From: Promethearchaeota archaeon
GTDB taxonomy: Archaea > Asgardarchaeota > Lokiarchaeia > Sigyniarchaeales > SOKP01
Assembly: GCA_019058245.1 (NCBI GenBank)
Contig: JAHPZJ010000028.1
Coordinates: forward strand, 1 to 64,000
Length of the DNA stretch: 64,000 nucleotides
Reading direction: 5' to 3'
A model generated the notes under the pieces. That model made no database searches and was not told the DNA's origin. It worked only from the letters and a program-made list of their open reading frames with translations. Position 1 is the stretch's first letter. Each line of letters opens with the position of its first letter. The translations under genes and the position numbers were made by a program. Shown piece after piece: positions 39,361-49,419 of the stretch.

Positions 39361-42105
39361 ATGCGAATTCAAAAGAAAAAGAATATAGTAAAGTTAGCAA
39401 CTGTTATTGTTATAACTATAATTGTTATGACAATTTTCTCAATTCCGTTGATAAGTATTATTGCACCATTAGGGGATATCCTTTTTCCTGGGAGTGGATT
39501 ATGGAATGTTCCGGGGGAGGTTCCAGAACAAGAGACGGTATATTTTCCAGGATTAGATAATGCTGTTAGAGTTTATCGCGATGAGTGGGGTATACCACAC
39601 ATTTATGCTTCTACAGAACAAGATCTTAGCTTTGCTTTAGGATATGTTCATGCACAGGATCGATTATTTCAAATGGATTTAGCACGTAGGAATGTAAGAG
39701 GAAAACTCTCTGAGGTTGTTGGAGATTTAGCATTAGAAGAAGATAAATATAATCTAGCAATGGGTATGGAATATTGGGCAGAAAAAACTCTTGAAGAATT
39801 GATTATAATGCAAGAAGCAGGACAAAATAATTATTATGATTTAATTAATAGTTATTCAGACGGAGTTAACTATTATATCAAGACACATCAAGGAGAGTAT
39901 CCAATAGAATACGCAATATTAGGATTCAAACCAACCAAATGGACCCCATTAGATACCTTATGCCTTGATAAATATATGGCTAAAATGCTTACTTGGGAGT
40001 ATGATGATTTATATAGATTAAAAACTGTGGAAGCTTTAGGAATAGCTAATTATAGCGAATTTATGGCAGATGCCACATATGGTCAAATTCCTATATGTCC
40101 TAATTATGGAAGTTTTAATGATAGTTCAGAACTCATATATGATGGTGGTCCATTACAGATAAGCTCAAACATATTACATACCATTTCTACATTTCTAACT
40201 AATATTGAGGAGATTCCTTCAGAAAAAGCATTACTAGAACTTCAAGAAAAGAATACAATTGGTTCGAATAATTGGGTTGTTGATGGAGTTAAAAGCAGCA
40301 CAGGAAAACCAATTTTATGTAATGATATGCACTTAGCATGGAACATGCCTGGAATATGGTATGAGGCACATTTAGTTGCTGAAGATACAGGTTTAAATGT
40401 CTATGGATTTACTCTTGCAGGTGCTAACGTAGTTATAGTTGGTCATAATGAGTATGTAGCATGGGGCTTCACAAATACTGGTTATGATGTTATGGATTGG
40501 TATTATTATGAAGAAACAGATGATAATCATTATATCTATAATGGTGTGGAAACTCCATATACTACTAGGACTTATGCTATAAATGTAAAAGGTCAGGGAT
40601 CTCAAACTTTTACGGTTAAAGATACAGTAAACGGTCCTGTTCTTAATGATTTTCTGAATGATGCTGTTCCTGACTCTTTAGATTCACAAAAAATTGTGTT
40701 AGCACCTAAATGGACGGCAAATAACATAACATATGAATTTATGGCATGTTATGGTTATAATTATGCAAAAAATAGGACTGAATTTGATCAAGCTTCAAGA
40801 TATTTTCACTGTCCTGCTCAGAATCATGTATATGGGGATATATATGGAACTATTGCAATGAGACCTACTGGATTGGTACCAATAAGAGATGACAGTCTAA
40901 CACCTACAGGATATTTAGGTAATGGGACATTACCATATAATGGATCGAATGGAGAAGGAGAATGGATAGGTTATGTTCCATTTGAAGAATTACCACATAC
41001 CGAGAACTCATCTCAACATTATTTAGTATCTGCAAATCAAATTGTAGTAGGTCCTGAATATAAGAAATATGCCCTTCAAAATAGTTATAATTCAGGTTAT
41101 AGAGGAAGGAGAATCAATGAATTACTCAATAATTCTGCAGATGGAACAGTTGGTATAGAAAGGATGAAAGAAATTCAATTAGATACCATATCGACACCAG
41201 CAAGAGCTTTAATTCCTTATCTTATTGAAGCAATTGAAACATTACCTTCTTCTCAAAAAACTACGATAACTATGGATGTCTTAACTCAATTGAAGAATTG
41301 GAATTATGATATGGATAAGGATTTAGCAGCTCCTACAATTTATCGGAAATGGCTTGATTTTTATGGAGATTATACTTTTGATGATGAACTTCAAGCAGTT
41401 GATGCTCCAGTAAGTCCTCCATTGAATGTATTAGAAAAGTTAACTCGGGATGAGCCAACATCTAAATGGTTTGATGATATAAACACACCTGAAATTGAAA
41501 ATAGAACCCATATAATTATTAAGGCTTTGGATTCTACAATAAGTTCTCTTTTAGATTTCTATGGTACAAATGAAGTAATTACCTGGAGATGGGGTGAAAT
41601 GCATCAGCTTTTATTTCCTCATTTACTTCCTGGATTTGATAGTTTTTCTAAAGGTCCGTATGAAGGAGATGGAGAAGCACATACAGTTAATCCCTCTGCA
41701 GTGAGTATCAGAGACGGTATAGGTTACGCTAGAGGTGGTTCATCTGAGAGGTTCATAGTAGATTTTAGTGATTTACAAAATTGTTGGAGCGTAATCCCTT
41801 CTGGACAAAGAGCTATATCAAATTCTAAACATTATTCTGATCAACTCGAGGAACTATTTTTACAAGGTAAATATCATCAACAATACTTCTATGATACTAC
41901 AGAAGATTATCCAGAAAACCATATTGAATCTCAAATTAGTTTTGTTGATAAAGAAGATCCCGAATTTATAATAATTTTAACTACATCTTTAATTGTAGGT
42001 TTTACAGTAGGTATTGCAATTGTGATTGTAGGTTATTATAAAAGAGATGTAATTCGTTCAAAATTCAGAGAGTTTAAAGAGAAAAGAGGAGGTGTCAAGA
42101 ATTAA
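39361..42105 (+). CDS. Penicillin/AHL acylase family Ntn-hydrolase (peptidase S45), membrane-anchored
   Basis: RDEWGIPHIYA, GYVHAQDRLFQMD, GSNNW nucleophile, NDMHL, PSGQ; N- and C-terminal TM segments. Confidence 0.92.
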   Translation: MRIQKKKNIVKLATVIVITIIVMTIFSIPLISIIAPLGDILFPGSGLWNVPGEVPEQETVYFPGLDNAVRVYRDEWGIPHIYASTEQDLSFALGYVHAQDRLFQMDLARRNVRGKLSEVVGDLALEEDKYNLAMGMEYWAEKTLEELIIMQEAGQNNYYDLINSYSDGVNYYIKTHQGEYPIEYAILGFKPTKWTPLDTLCLDKYMAKMLTWEYDDLYRLKTVEALGIANYSEFMADATYGQIPICPNYGSFNDSSELIYDGGPLQISSNILHTISTFLTNIEEIPSEKALLELQEKNTIGSNNWVVDGVKSSTGKPILCNDMHLAWNMPGIWYEAHLVAEDTGLNVYGFTLAGANVVIVGHNEYVAWGFTNTGYDVMDWYYYEETDDNHYIYNGVETPYTTRTYAINVKGQGSQTFTVKDTVNGPVLNDFLNDAVPDSLDSQKIVLAPKWTANNITYEFMACYGYNYAKNRTEFDQASRYFHCPAQNHVYGDIYGTIAMRPTGLVPIRDDSLTPTGYLGNGTLPYNGSNGEGEWIGYVPFEELPHTENSSQHYLVSANQIVVGPEYKKYALQNSYNSGYRGRRINELLNNSADGTVGIERMKEIQLDTISTPARALIPYLIEAIETLPSSQKTTITMDVLTQLKNWNYDMDKDLAAPTIYRKWLDFYGDYTFDDELQAVDAPVSPPLNVLEKLTRDEPTSKWFDDINTPEIENRTHIIIKALDSTISSLLDFYGTNEVITWRWGEMHQLLFPHLLPGFDSFSKGPYEGDGEAHTVNPSAVSIRDGIGYARGGSSERFIVDFSDLQNCWSVIPSGQRAISNSKHYSDQLEELFLQGKYHQQYFYDTTEDYPENHIESQISFVDKEDPEFIIILTTSLIVGFTVGIAIVIVGYYKRDVIRSKFREFKEKRGGVKN

Positions 42106-42559
42106 AATAAATAAACCTAAATTAGATATCAATCCTGAAACACGAAATTTCCTCATTTCATTTATAATTACCGGCCTTCTAACATTTGCTCTAACATATC
42201 TAGAAATCTGGCAGTTAATGATAATTCCCGGTATCATAGGAGGATTATTCAACAAGACTATGAGACGAGGAATTTATTGTGGGGCTCTTGGTGTTTCATT
42301 AGTATGGATTTTCTACTTGATTTATTTAATAGCTGCAAATAATTTTTATACAAATTTGGATCAATTTGCGGGATTAATCTTTGGAGGTTTAGGCTATGGT
42401 TCAATTATCCTTATCTTGATAATACTCTTTGGCATTTTATTTGGTGCATTAGGTGGTGCAATCGGGAGTGGAATTATGCAAATAATACTACCCAAATTTG
42501 AAGAAACCTCTAATGAAAATATCAAACCTAAAAAAACAACAATTAATTCAAATCAATAA
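42092..42559 (+). CDS. Gly-rich membrane protein coupled to the acylase gene
   Basis: Overlaps the acylase stop codon; hydrophobic helices; GALGGAIG. Confidence 0.65.
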   Translation: MSRIKINKPKLDINPETRNFLISFIITGLLTFALTYLEIWQLMIIPGIIGGLFNKTMRRGIYCGALGVSLVWIFYLIYLIAANNFYTNLDQFAGLIFGGLGYGSIILILIILFGILFGALGGAIGSGIMQIILPKFEETSNENIKPKKTTINSNQ

Positions 42560-42665
42560 TTTTTTTATTTTTTTTATACTTGTTTTTAACATAAAAATTT
42601 AAGAAATAATTTTATATAGAGGGATAATAAAAAAATCAAATAAGAAAAATAAGTAGTGTAAAAAA

Positions 42666-43025
42666 ATGATGGATGATGATAATAATTCTTTAATGAATGA
42701 AATTAAAAAAATTGAAGAAGCAGCAAAAAAGAAGGAACAATATATAGTAGACAGAATTAATAGTGAACATAACCCTAAAATTAACGAACTTGAATCAAAA
42801 TTAACCAACATTCGTAGTGAATTTAGTAGAATCGAAGAAGAAATTAAAGAAATGGAGGCAAAACAGAAAGAATACAAAAAAAGAAAGAGAGAATTAATTG
42901 TTGCTGCCCAACCTATAAAGAAGGAATTAAAAGAATTGGTTGAACAGAAACTTAAAGTCTTAGAAAAATCACTGAAAGCAATAACTAAGGAAAAGACTGT
43001 TAAGAAAAAAGCTATTGACAAATAA
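42666..43025 (+). CDS. Coiled-coil protein (paralog of 24787-25167)
   Basis: K/E-rich heptads. Confidence 0.6.
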   Translation: MMDDDNNSLMNEIKKIEEAAKKKEQYIVDRINSEHNPKINELESKLTNIRSEFSRIEEEIKEMEAKQKEYKKRKRELIVAAQPIKKELKELVEQKLKVLEKSLKAITKEKTVKKKAIDK

Positions 43026-43088
43026 ATTGAAGAAGTTAAAAGAATGGAATAATGGTATTTAGAAATAATAGACGAAAAAGGCTTGAAT

Positions 43089-44426
43089 TTATTTAATTTT
43101 ATATTGACTTTTCAAGAAATTTATAACATACTCTTTTACTTTATCTCGATCAGGTAAGCTAGCTATCATTCCATATATTGCAGCGTCTCCAGAAGAAGTT
43201 TCTTTTGGATTATTAAGAACTTCATTAGCTGATTCCCGAAGGTCTTTCAAGAAGATATCAGTAATCTCTTCATGATGTGGATTGACCATCATATGTAAAG
43301 CATTTGGAAATTGGATTCGATCTAAATGCCAATCTTTTTTATCCAAGATATCACCTAAATGATAAACATCAAATTTATTAGAAGTAAAGGAAAAAACACT
43401 CATTACTGGATTTCCGATAATGTATAACTCAGGTATTTGATTAATCCCTTCAATTAACTTTTTTGAAGTATCCATTACTTTTTTTGCTAGTTTTAGATAT
43501 CCATCCATTCCTAAATGTTTCATTGCAGCCCACGCCGCCGCTATCGCTCCTCCTGGACGAGTTCCTCTCATGGATGGAGAAATATAGATCCCTCCTGACC
43601 AATCAGTATATACAGAAAATTGATGTTTCCAGATTCTTTCTTTTCGATATAATATTAAAGATGCTCCTTTTGCACCATAACCATATTTATGAACATCAGC
43701 AGAGATAGATGTGACACCTGGTACAGAAAAATCAAAATCAGGTACTTCATAACCTAATTTCTTAACAAATGGTAACATAAATCCTCCTAAACATCCGTCA
43801 ACATGCAATCCGAGATCATGATCTTTCGCAATTATTCCTAGCTCAGTTATAGGGTCTACTACTCCTCTTGGAAAATCGCAGGCAGAGCCAACTAGTAAAA
43901 TTGTGTTATCATTAATTGCATTTTCTATAGCTTTCACATTTGCTCGATAATTATTCTTATCTACTGGTATTCTTACCGATTTTACTTTAAAATAGTCAGC
44001 TCCTTTTTCAAATGCAGGATGAGCAGAGTTAGGTAATATCATTTCAGGGTTCTTAATGTTAGGAAATTTCTCTTTGGCCCAATCTCTATATGTTTTTATA
44101 GCCATTAGAATACTTTCAGTGCCACCAGAAGTCATACTTCCACAACATCTTTTATTTCCATTAAATAAATCAATACCCATAGAAACTACTTCAGTTTCAA
44201 ATTTTTTTAGACTTGGAAAGGCAATTGGACTTAAAGCATTCTTTGAGAAAAACATTGTATATGCTTTTTTAAGCATTTCGGTATGCTCGTCGTTTGCGTG
44301 GTAAACTAAACTCCAAACTTTACCCTCTCTCCAATTTATATCATCGTTACGGCTTTCATCCATTTGTTTTAGGACATCTTCTACTGAATGCCCTTCTTGT
44401 GGTAATACTACTTTAGGTCTAGCCAT
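43089..44426 (-). CDS. Sphingosine-1-phosphate lyase-like group II PLP enzyme
   Basis: WREGKVWSLVY, TSGGTESI, AHPAFEK, HVDGCLGGF, SISADVHKYGY, GTRPGG. Confidence 0.85.
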   Translation of the reverse strand: MARPKVVLPQEGHSVEDVLKQMDESRNDDINWREGKVWSLVYHANDEHTEMLKKAYTMFFSKNALSPIAFPSLKKFETEVVSMGIDLFNGNKRCCGSMTSGGTESILMAIKTYRDWAKEKFPNIKNPEMILPNSAHPAFEKGADYFKVKSVRIPVDKNNYRANVKAIENAINDNTILLVGSACDFPRGVVDPITELGIIAKDHDLGLHVDGCLGGFMLPFVKKLGYEVPDFDFSVPGVTSISADVHKYGYGAKGASLILYRKERIWKHQFSVYTDWSGGIYISPSMRGTRPGGAIAAAWAAMKHLGMDGYLKLAKKVMDTSKKLIEGINQIPELYIIGNPVMSVFSFTSNKFDVYHLGDILDKKDWHLDRIQFPNALHMMVNPHHEEITDIFLKDLRESANEVLNNPKETSSGDAAIYGMIASLPDRDKVKEYVINFLKSQYKIK

Positions 44427-44498
44427 TTTATTTTCACATAGATTTTAGATTTTATTATAATAATTTTTGTTAATAATTATATAATAACTATACTTTCC

Positions 44499-45656
44499 CT
44501 AAAAGGATTTTAAGGGGTATACTCCAAATTTGTTTACAGCGTCAATCATCCATTCTAAACGTTTAGGTGATATAGTTGGATGAAAATTAGCAGGAGAAAT
44601 TAGGAATCCACCCCCATGACCCATTGCTGATATTGCGTCTTTTACTGCTTGTTCCACTTCCAATTTTGATGCATCTACTAAAATATATCTTGTATCTATA
44701 TTGCCGGAGAGACATAATTTATCCCCAACATTTTTTTTTACATAAATAGGATCAACGAGAGGAGGCTCAAGGCATTGAAGACCATCAAATCCTGATTCAA
44801 CTATAAAATCTAGAAGATCTGTTATATCTCCATCAGTATGTAAGATATATTTACCTTCCCACTCATGTATCGCATCTGAAACTTCTTTATAGCAAGGAAG
44901 TAAATATTTATGGAAGTATTTTGGATTAATCATTGGACCATTTCTCTGATCTATATCTCCACCCTCTAGAAATATTTTAGCTCCACAATCAGCATAAGCC
45001 TTGAAAACAGTTAAGGTAAAGTCAGTGCAAAAGCGAAAGCGTTCTTCAATTAATTGAGGATCATTTTTAAGAGCACGGGCAAATGAAGCCATTCCCATTC
45101 CCTGCCATACAGGGGGAAAAACTGAAGTAAGGGCATTTTGAGCAAAAATACAAATCTTTTCTTTAATATCACGGCACTTTCTAAAAACGCCCTTATAAAA
45201 TTTCTTAGCTCTTCTATATTCTTCTTTCAAATCAGGTTTAGGGTATGCTTCCCAATCTTCTCGATTCCTAATATATCCATCATAATAATCAGGATAAGGA
45301 TTTCCATCTATATTTCTCAATTTATGTCTTTTGCCAAAGATATCGGTCATCTCACTTCGACTTTCAAGAATAAAAGGAATATATTGGATGCCAATCCCAT
45401 CAAAACCTATTTTATTAGCTGCTCTAATAGTTTTTGCAAACACAGAGATTTCAATATCATCTAATATTTGATTAATCCTTTCAATCCATTCATCTGGATA
45501 TTTTTCTTGCATCTCATCAAAGACATCAAAGGCAGTTTTTTCTAGTTTTCCTAAAATCATATCTGCAACATTTCCATCAATATTTATTGTATGAGTAGGA
45601 ATTCTATCAGGCTCTTCAAGGTTTAATGCAGTCTAAATTCTTTCAAAACTATCCAT
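44499..45656 (-). pseudogene. Uroporphyrinogen-decarboxylase-family (MtaA/CmuA-like) protein interrupted by TAG at codon 8
   Basis: MDSFERI*TALNLEEPDRIP continues in frame into the 353-aa ORF (HTDG, LSGNID, GGGFLISP). Confidence 0.7.
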
Positions 45657-45868
45657 ATTTTTAATCTCAATTTTTTCCTATTTAATAGTTTAAATATTAT
45701 TAAAGATGAGAAAAATTTATTGTCATTATGAGTCATAAAACTCAGAAAACAAAATAAACAATCTGCTAATGAATGCTACTTATGTTATGAATTGATAAAG
45801 TTTTTACAGCCATATTATTCTTCGTTTTAGGTTCCAAGAATTGTCTTAGAAAAAATCTTGAAGATAGG

Positions 45869-46516
45869 TTAAAAAGAAGTAATTAAAATTAAAATCCCCA
45901 CAAAAATAAAGATTGATGTAGAAATTAATTTTAAATAAAATTTTGGCACCTTTTGGGCGATAAAAGCTCCAAAAAGAATTCCTATCCATGCCACAGAAAT
46001 TAGAGCTAAAAAAGATCCTAACCAAACTTCAAGAGGGAGTCTGTATTGTGAAGCTAGAGTAATCGTTAAAATTTGGGTTTTATCTCCTAACTCCATTAAA
46101 AATATATATATAAAACCTGCAATGTAAGGATTACTTTTAAATTTTGATAATATAGATGGTAATTCTTTCCTATCTTCAATACTATCTTGCTTTTTTTCAT
46201 TATTTGAAATATTAAAATCTTCAGAATTTCTCTCTAAATAGAGCTTCTTGAGATTTCTTGCTTCTAAAATCCCAATTATAATAAAGAGAATTCCTGAAAT
46301 TATTGAGATTATTAAAATTGGAACAAATTGAGTAATAATCACTCCGAAAAAAACACCAATAGTTACCAAGAGTGCAAATCCAAGAGTAACCCCTATCCCG
46401 ACTTTATAAAACTTCTTATATTCTAAAGCTAAGTTAAATACTATTAATTGAGTCTTGTCTCCAAGTTCTCCAAGAAACAATATTCCATAAGTTATGAAAA
46501 TAATTATAATATCCAC
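45869..46516 (-). CDS. GDT1/TMEM165 (UPF0016) Ca2+/Mn2+ transporter
   Basis: Two ELGDKTQ motifs. Confidence 0.92.
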   Translation of the reverse strand: MDIIIIFITYGILFLGELGDKTQLIVFNLALEYKKFYKVGIGVTLGFALLVTIGVFFGVIITQFVPILIISIISGILFIIIGILEARNLKKLYLERNSEDFNISNNEKKQDSIEDRKELPSILSKFKSNPYIAGFIYIFLMELGDKTQILTITLASQYRLPLEVWLGSFLALISVAWIGILFGAFIAQKVPKFYLKLISTSIFIFVGILILITSF

Positions 46517-46683
46517 ATTTCTTAAAATTAAATCATTTTTAAAAATAATGTGGATTTATTTCGATATTTGAATTAGCTAATGTTTTTAATTTAGTAAGTT
46601 AATATCTAAATCTTAACGCGATAAATTATATACAATAATGGTCTTTGTTAATCATAAATTACGATTTATTTTTTTTAATAACT

Positions 46684-48630
46684 ATGAATTATAATAAAAT
46701 TGTAAGTGGTAAAGCTGGGACAGAGAAATTCTTTCTTGGAAACGAAGCGATAGTGCGTGGTGCTATAGAAAGCGGGATAGATATTTATACTTTCTATCCA
46801 GGCACACCAAGCTCAGAAGTAGGAGAGAATTTTATGGAAATTTTTAGAGAAGCGGGAATGAGATGGGTGGAATATAGTATCAATGAAAAAGTGGCAATAG
46901 AGGTTGCTGGTGCTGCTTATGCTCGAGGAGCAAAAGCTATGGTAGGAATGAAAAATGTAGGGTTGAACGTTGCTTCTGATCCATTATTTGCTCTTGCTAC
47001 TACACGTCCGAAGAATGAGAATTCTGCTATGGTTATCTTAGTTGCTGATGATCCTCAGCAGTATTCAAGTGCTGTAGAAATGGACTCACGTTATTTTTTA
47101 AAAATCTTTAAAATCCCGGCATTAGAACCAAGTAATCCTCAGGAATGCTTGGAATTTACCAAAGAAGCATTTAACATTTCAAAAGAGTTGAAACTTCCAG
47201 TAATTTTAAGGACCGTAACGATGATTTCTCATGCCAGAAGTAATGTGGTAATTGGAGAGATAAAAACTTCAGGGATAGAAGAGAACTTTGATCTATCAAA
47301 GGAAGTTAACGTTGCTTCAAGAGTTTATTTTTTAGAGTTAAAAGAGGACCAAATATATAATAGGCTTAAAAGAGCATTAGAGATGTCAGAAAATAGCTCA
47401 TTGAACAGAATTGTAAATGAAAACTCAAAAAATCCATATGATTTAGGAATTATCACCAGTGGTGTATCATATAGTTATACAAATGAAGCATTAGATTTTT
47501 TCGAACTGGAAGCTCCAATACTCAAAATTGGCTTTATAAATCCACTTCCAGAAAGAAAAATTGCGGAATTTTTAAGGAATTTTAAACAGATATTTGTAAT
47601 TGAAGAAAATGACACGTTTCTTGAAACTCAAATACTTGCAATTGCCCAAAAAAATAGATTTAATGTAAAGATTCATGGGAAGGACCCATTTTCATACTCA
47701 AAAGAAAATACATTATTGCCTATGGTAGGAGAGTTAAATCCTACCAAAGTTGCATTAGCATTAGTGAAAGTATTAAATTTAAAACCAAGAATAGATTTAC
47801 GCCAAATTAATAAAAAATATAATTTAATGGCAAGACAAGCCATATTATGTGCGGGATGTCCCCACAGGGCAACAGGATATGCTCTACAAAAAGCTATTAA
47901 AAAGATTAAACTAAAAACAGGAAAAGATATATACTTTTATCAGGATATTGGATGCTATACACTTTTAGCATTACCACCTTTTTCTTTTGCTAATGTTAAA
48001 TATTGCATGGGTTCCAGCATAGCCTTAGCTCAAGGAGTTGCTCGAACAAGCGTAAGTCTTAATATCGCTATTATTGGTGATGGAACTTTTTTTCATTCAG
48101 GAATACCTGCATTAATAAATGGAATTTATAATAATACTCCAATTTTAGTTTTATTATTAGATAATGGATGGATTGGAATGACAGGACAACAACCAAATCC
48201 AGGGAGTGATACCCGCTACTATAAAGAGGGATCAACAAAAGAAGCAATAAATTTGGAGGATTTCTTACATGGTACAGGTGCGAATATTAGTACAATTAAC
48301 CATTATGAAAAGGATGATGAAAAATATATTTCAAATCTAACAAAACTTATTTTTGAAAAAGGAGTTGATGTGATAGAAAATAGAAAACTAAATGTTATTC
48401 TTATTAGGGATGAGTGCATTCAGAAAACGATTAAACGAGAGGCTCCAACGATAAGATATGTTAATCCAGAATTATGCAATAATTGTGGGCTATGTTATAA
48501 TAAATTAATGTGTCCTGCTATTGATTCAAAAGAAGAATTTGCATTTATTGACCGAAATTTATGTCTAGGTTGTGGAATATGTGAAGAAATTTGCCCAAAT
48601 AATGCAATCGAGAAGGAGGAGCCGAAATGA
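46684..48630 (+). CDS. iorA: Indolepyruvate:ferredoxin oxidoreductase alpha subunit
   Basis: LGNEAIVRGA, YPGTPSSE, NEKVAIE, LCAGCPHR, DIGCY, GDGTFFHSG, C-terminal 2x[4Fe-4S]. Confidence 0.92.
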   Translation: MNYNKIVSGKAGTEKFFLGNEAIVRGAIESGIDIYTFYPGTPSSEVGENFMEIFREAGMRWVEYSINEKVAIEVAGAAYARGAKAMVGMKNVGLNVASDPLFALATTRPKNENSAMVILVADDPQQYSSAVEMDSRYFLKIFKIPALEPSNPQECLEFTKEAFNISKELKLPVILRTVTMISHARSNVVIGEIKTSGIEENFDLSKEVNVASRVYFLELKEDQIYNRLKRALEMSENSSLNRIVNENSKNPYDLGIITSGVSYSYTNEALDFFELEAPILKIGFINPLPERKIAEFLRNFKQIFVIEENDTFLETQILAIAQKNRFNVKIHGKDPFSYSKENTLLPMVGELNPTKVALALVKVLNLKPRIDLRQINKKYNLMARQAILCAGCPHRATGYALQKAIKKIKLKTGKDIYFYQDIGCYTLLALPPFSFANVKYCMGSSIALAQGVARTSVSLNIAIIGDGTFFHSGIPALINGIYNNTPILVLLLDNGWIGMTGQQPNPGSDTRYYKEGSTKEAINLEDFLHGTGANISTINHYEKDDEKYISNLTKLIFEKGVDVIENRKLNVILIRDECIQKTIKREAPTIRYVNPELCNNCGLCYNKLMCPAIDSKEEFAFIDRNLCLGCGICEEICPNNAIEKEEPK

Positions 48631-49220
48631 AGGTTGACAGTTATAGAATAGTGCTTACTGGTTTAGGGGGTCAAGGATTAGTCAGTTTATTACAAATTTT
48701 AGGAAATGCTCTAAAAATTGAGGGATATAAAGTTATGACTTCTGAGACTCATGGTCTTAGTCAGAGAGGAGGAAAAGTGACTTGCTTTCTTAGTTTTGGA
48801 AATAAACTCCTTGCTCCAATACCAATGATAGGAACAGCAGATATGATAATTGCTTTAGAAGAAAGTACTATATTGGATGTTTTGAATTTTGCTAAACCAG
48901 ATAAAAGTACTAATTTAATAATATCTACTTATGAGAAACATGAAATTGAGAAGGATTATCCCTCTTTAGAATATCTATTAGATGCCTTGTATGAAATTTC
49001 AGAGAATATTTATTTTATTCCTGCCCATGAAGTTGCTGTAAAATCCCTTGGTAATTTAAAAACAATGAATATTGTTATCTTAGGTTATATTTTAAAATTC
49101 TTACCAATAAAAAGAGATGTAATTGAAACCGCCATAAAGGAAAATTTCTTAGGAAAAAGGTTTGAAATGAATCTAAAAGCCCTCAGTGAAGGTCAAAAAT
49201 TAATATCAAAAAATTTTTAA
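48627..49220 (+). CDS. iorB: Indolepyruvate:ferredoxin oxidoreductase beta subunit
   Basis: GLGGQG, SETHGLSQRGG; ATGA overlap with iorA. Confidence 0.92.
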   Translation: MKVDSYRIVLTGLGGQGLVSLLQILGNALKIEGYKVMTSETHGLSQRGGKVTCFLSFGNKLLAPIPMIGTADMIIALEESTILDVLNFAKPDKSTNLIISTYEKHEIEKDYPSLEYLLDALYEISENIYFIPAHEVAVKSLGNLKTMNIVILGYILKFLPIKRDVIETAIKENFLGKRFEMNLKALSEGQKLISKNF

Positions 49221-49419
49221 TCGTTTACTTATTTGTGTAATATATATTTGAGGTATTTTAGGCAATTTAGTCACTAAGAGAATAAATGATTTTCTTCTAA
49301 AAAAGACAGAGTGATCATAATAATTTATAATTTCAAAATTTAATTATTTAGTTAGATATGCATCTTTAAAAAAAGAAATAATTGTTTTTTTTAGGTTATT
49401 TGATTAATATAACAAGGGG

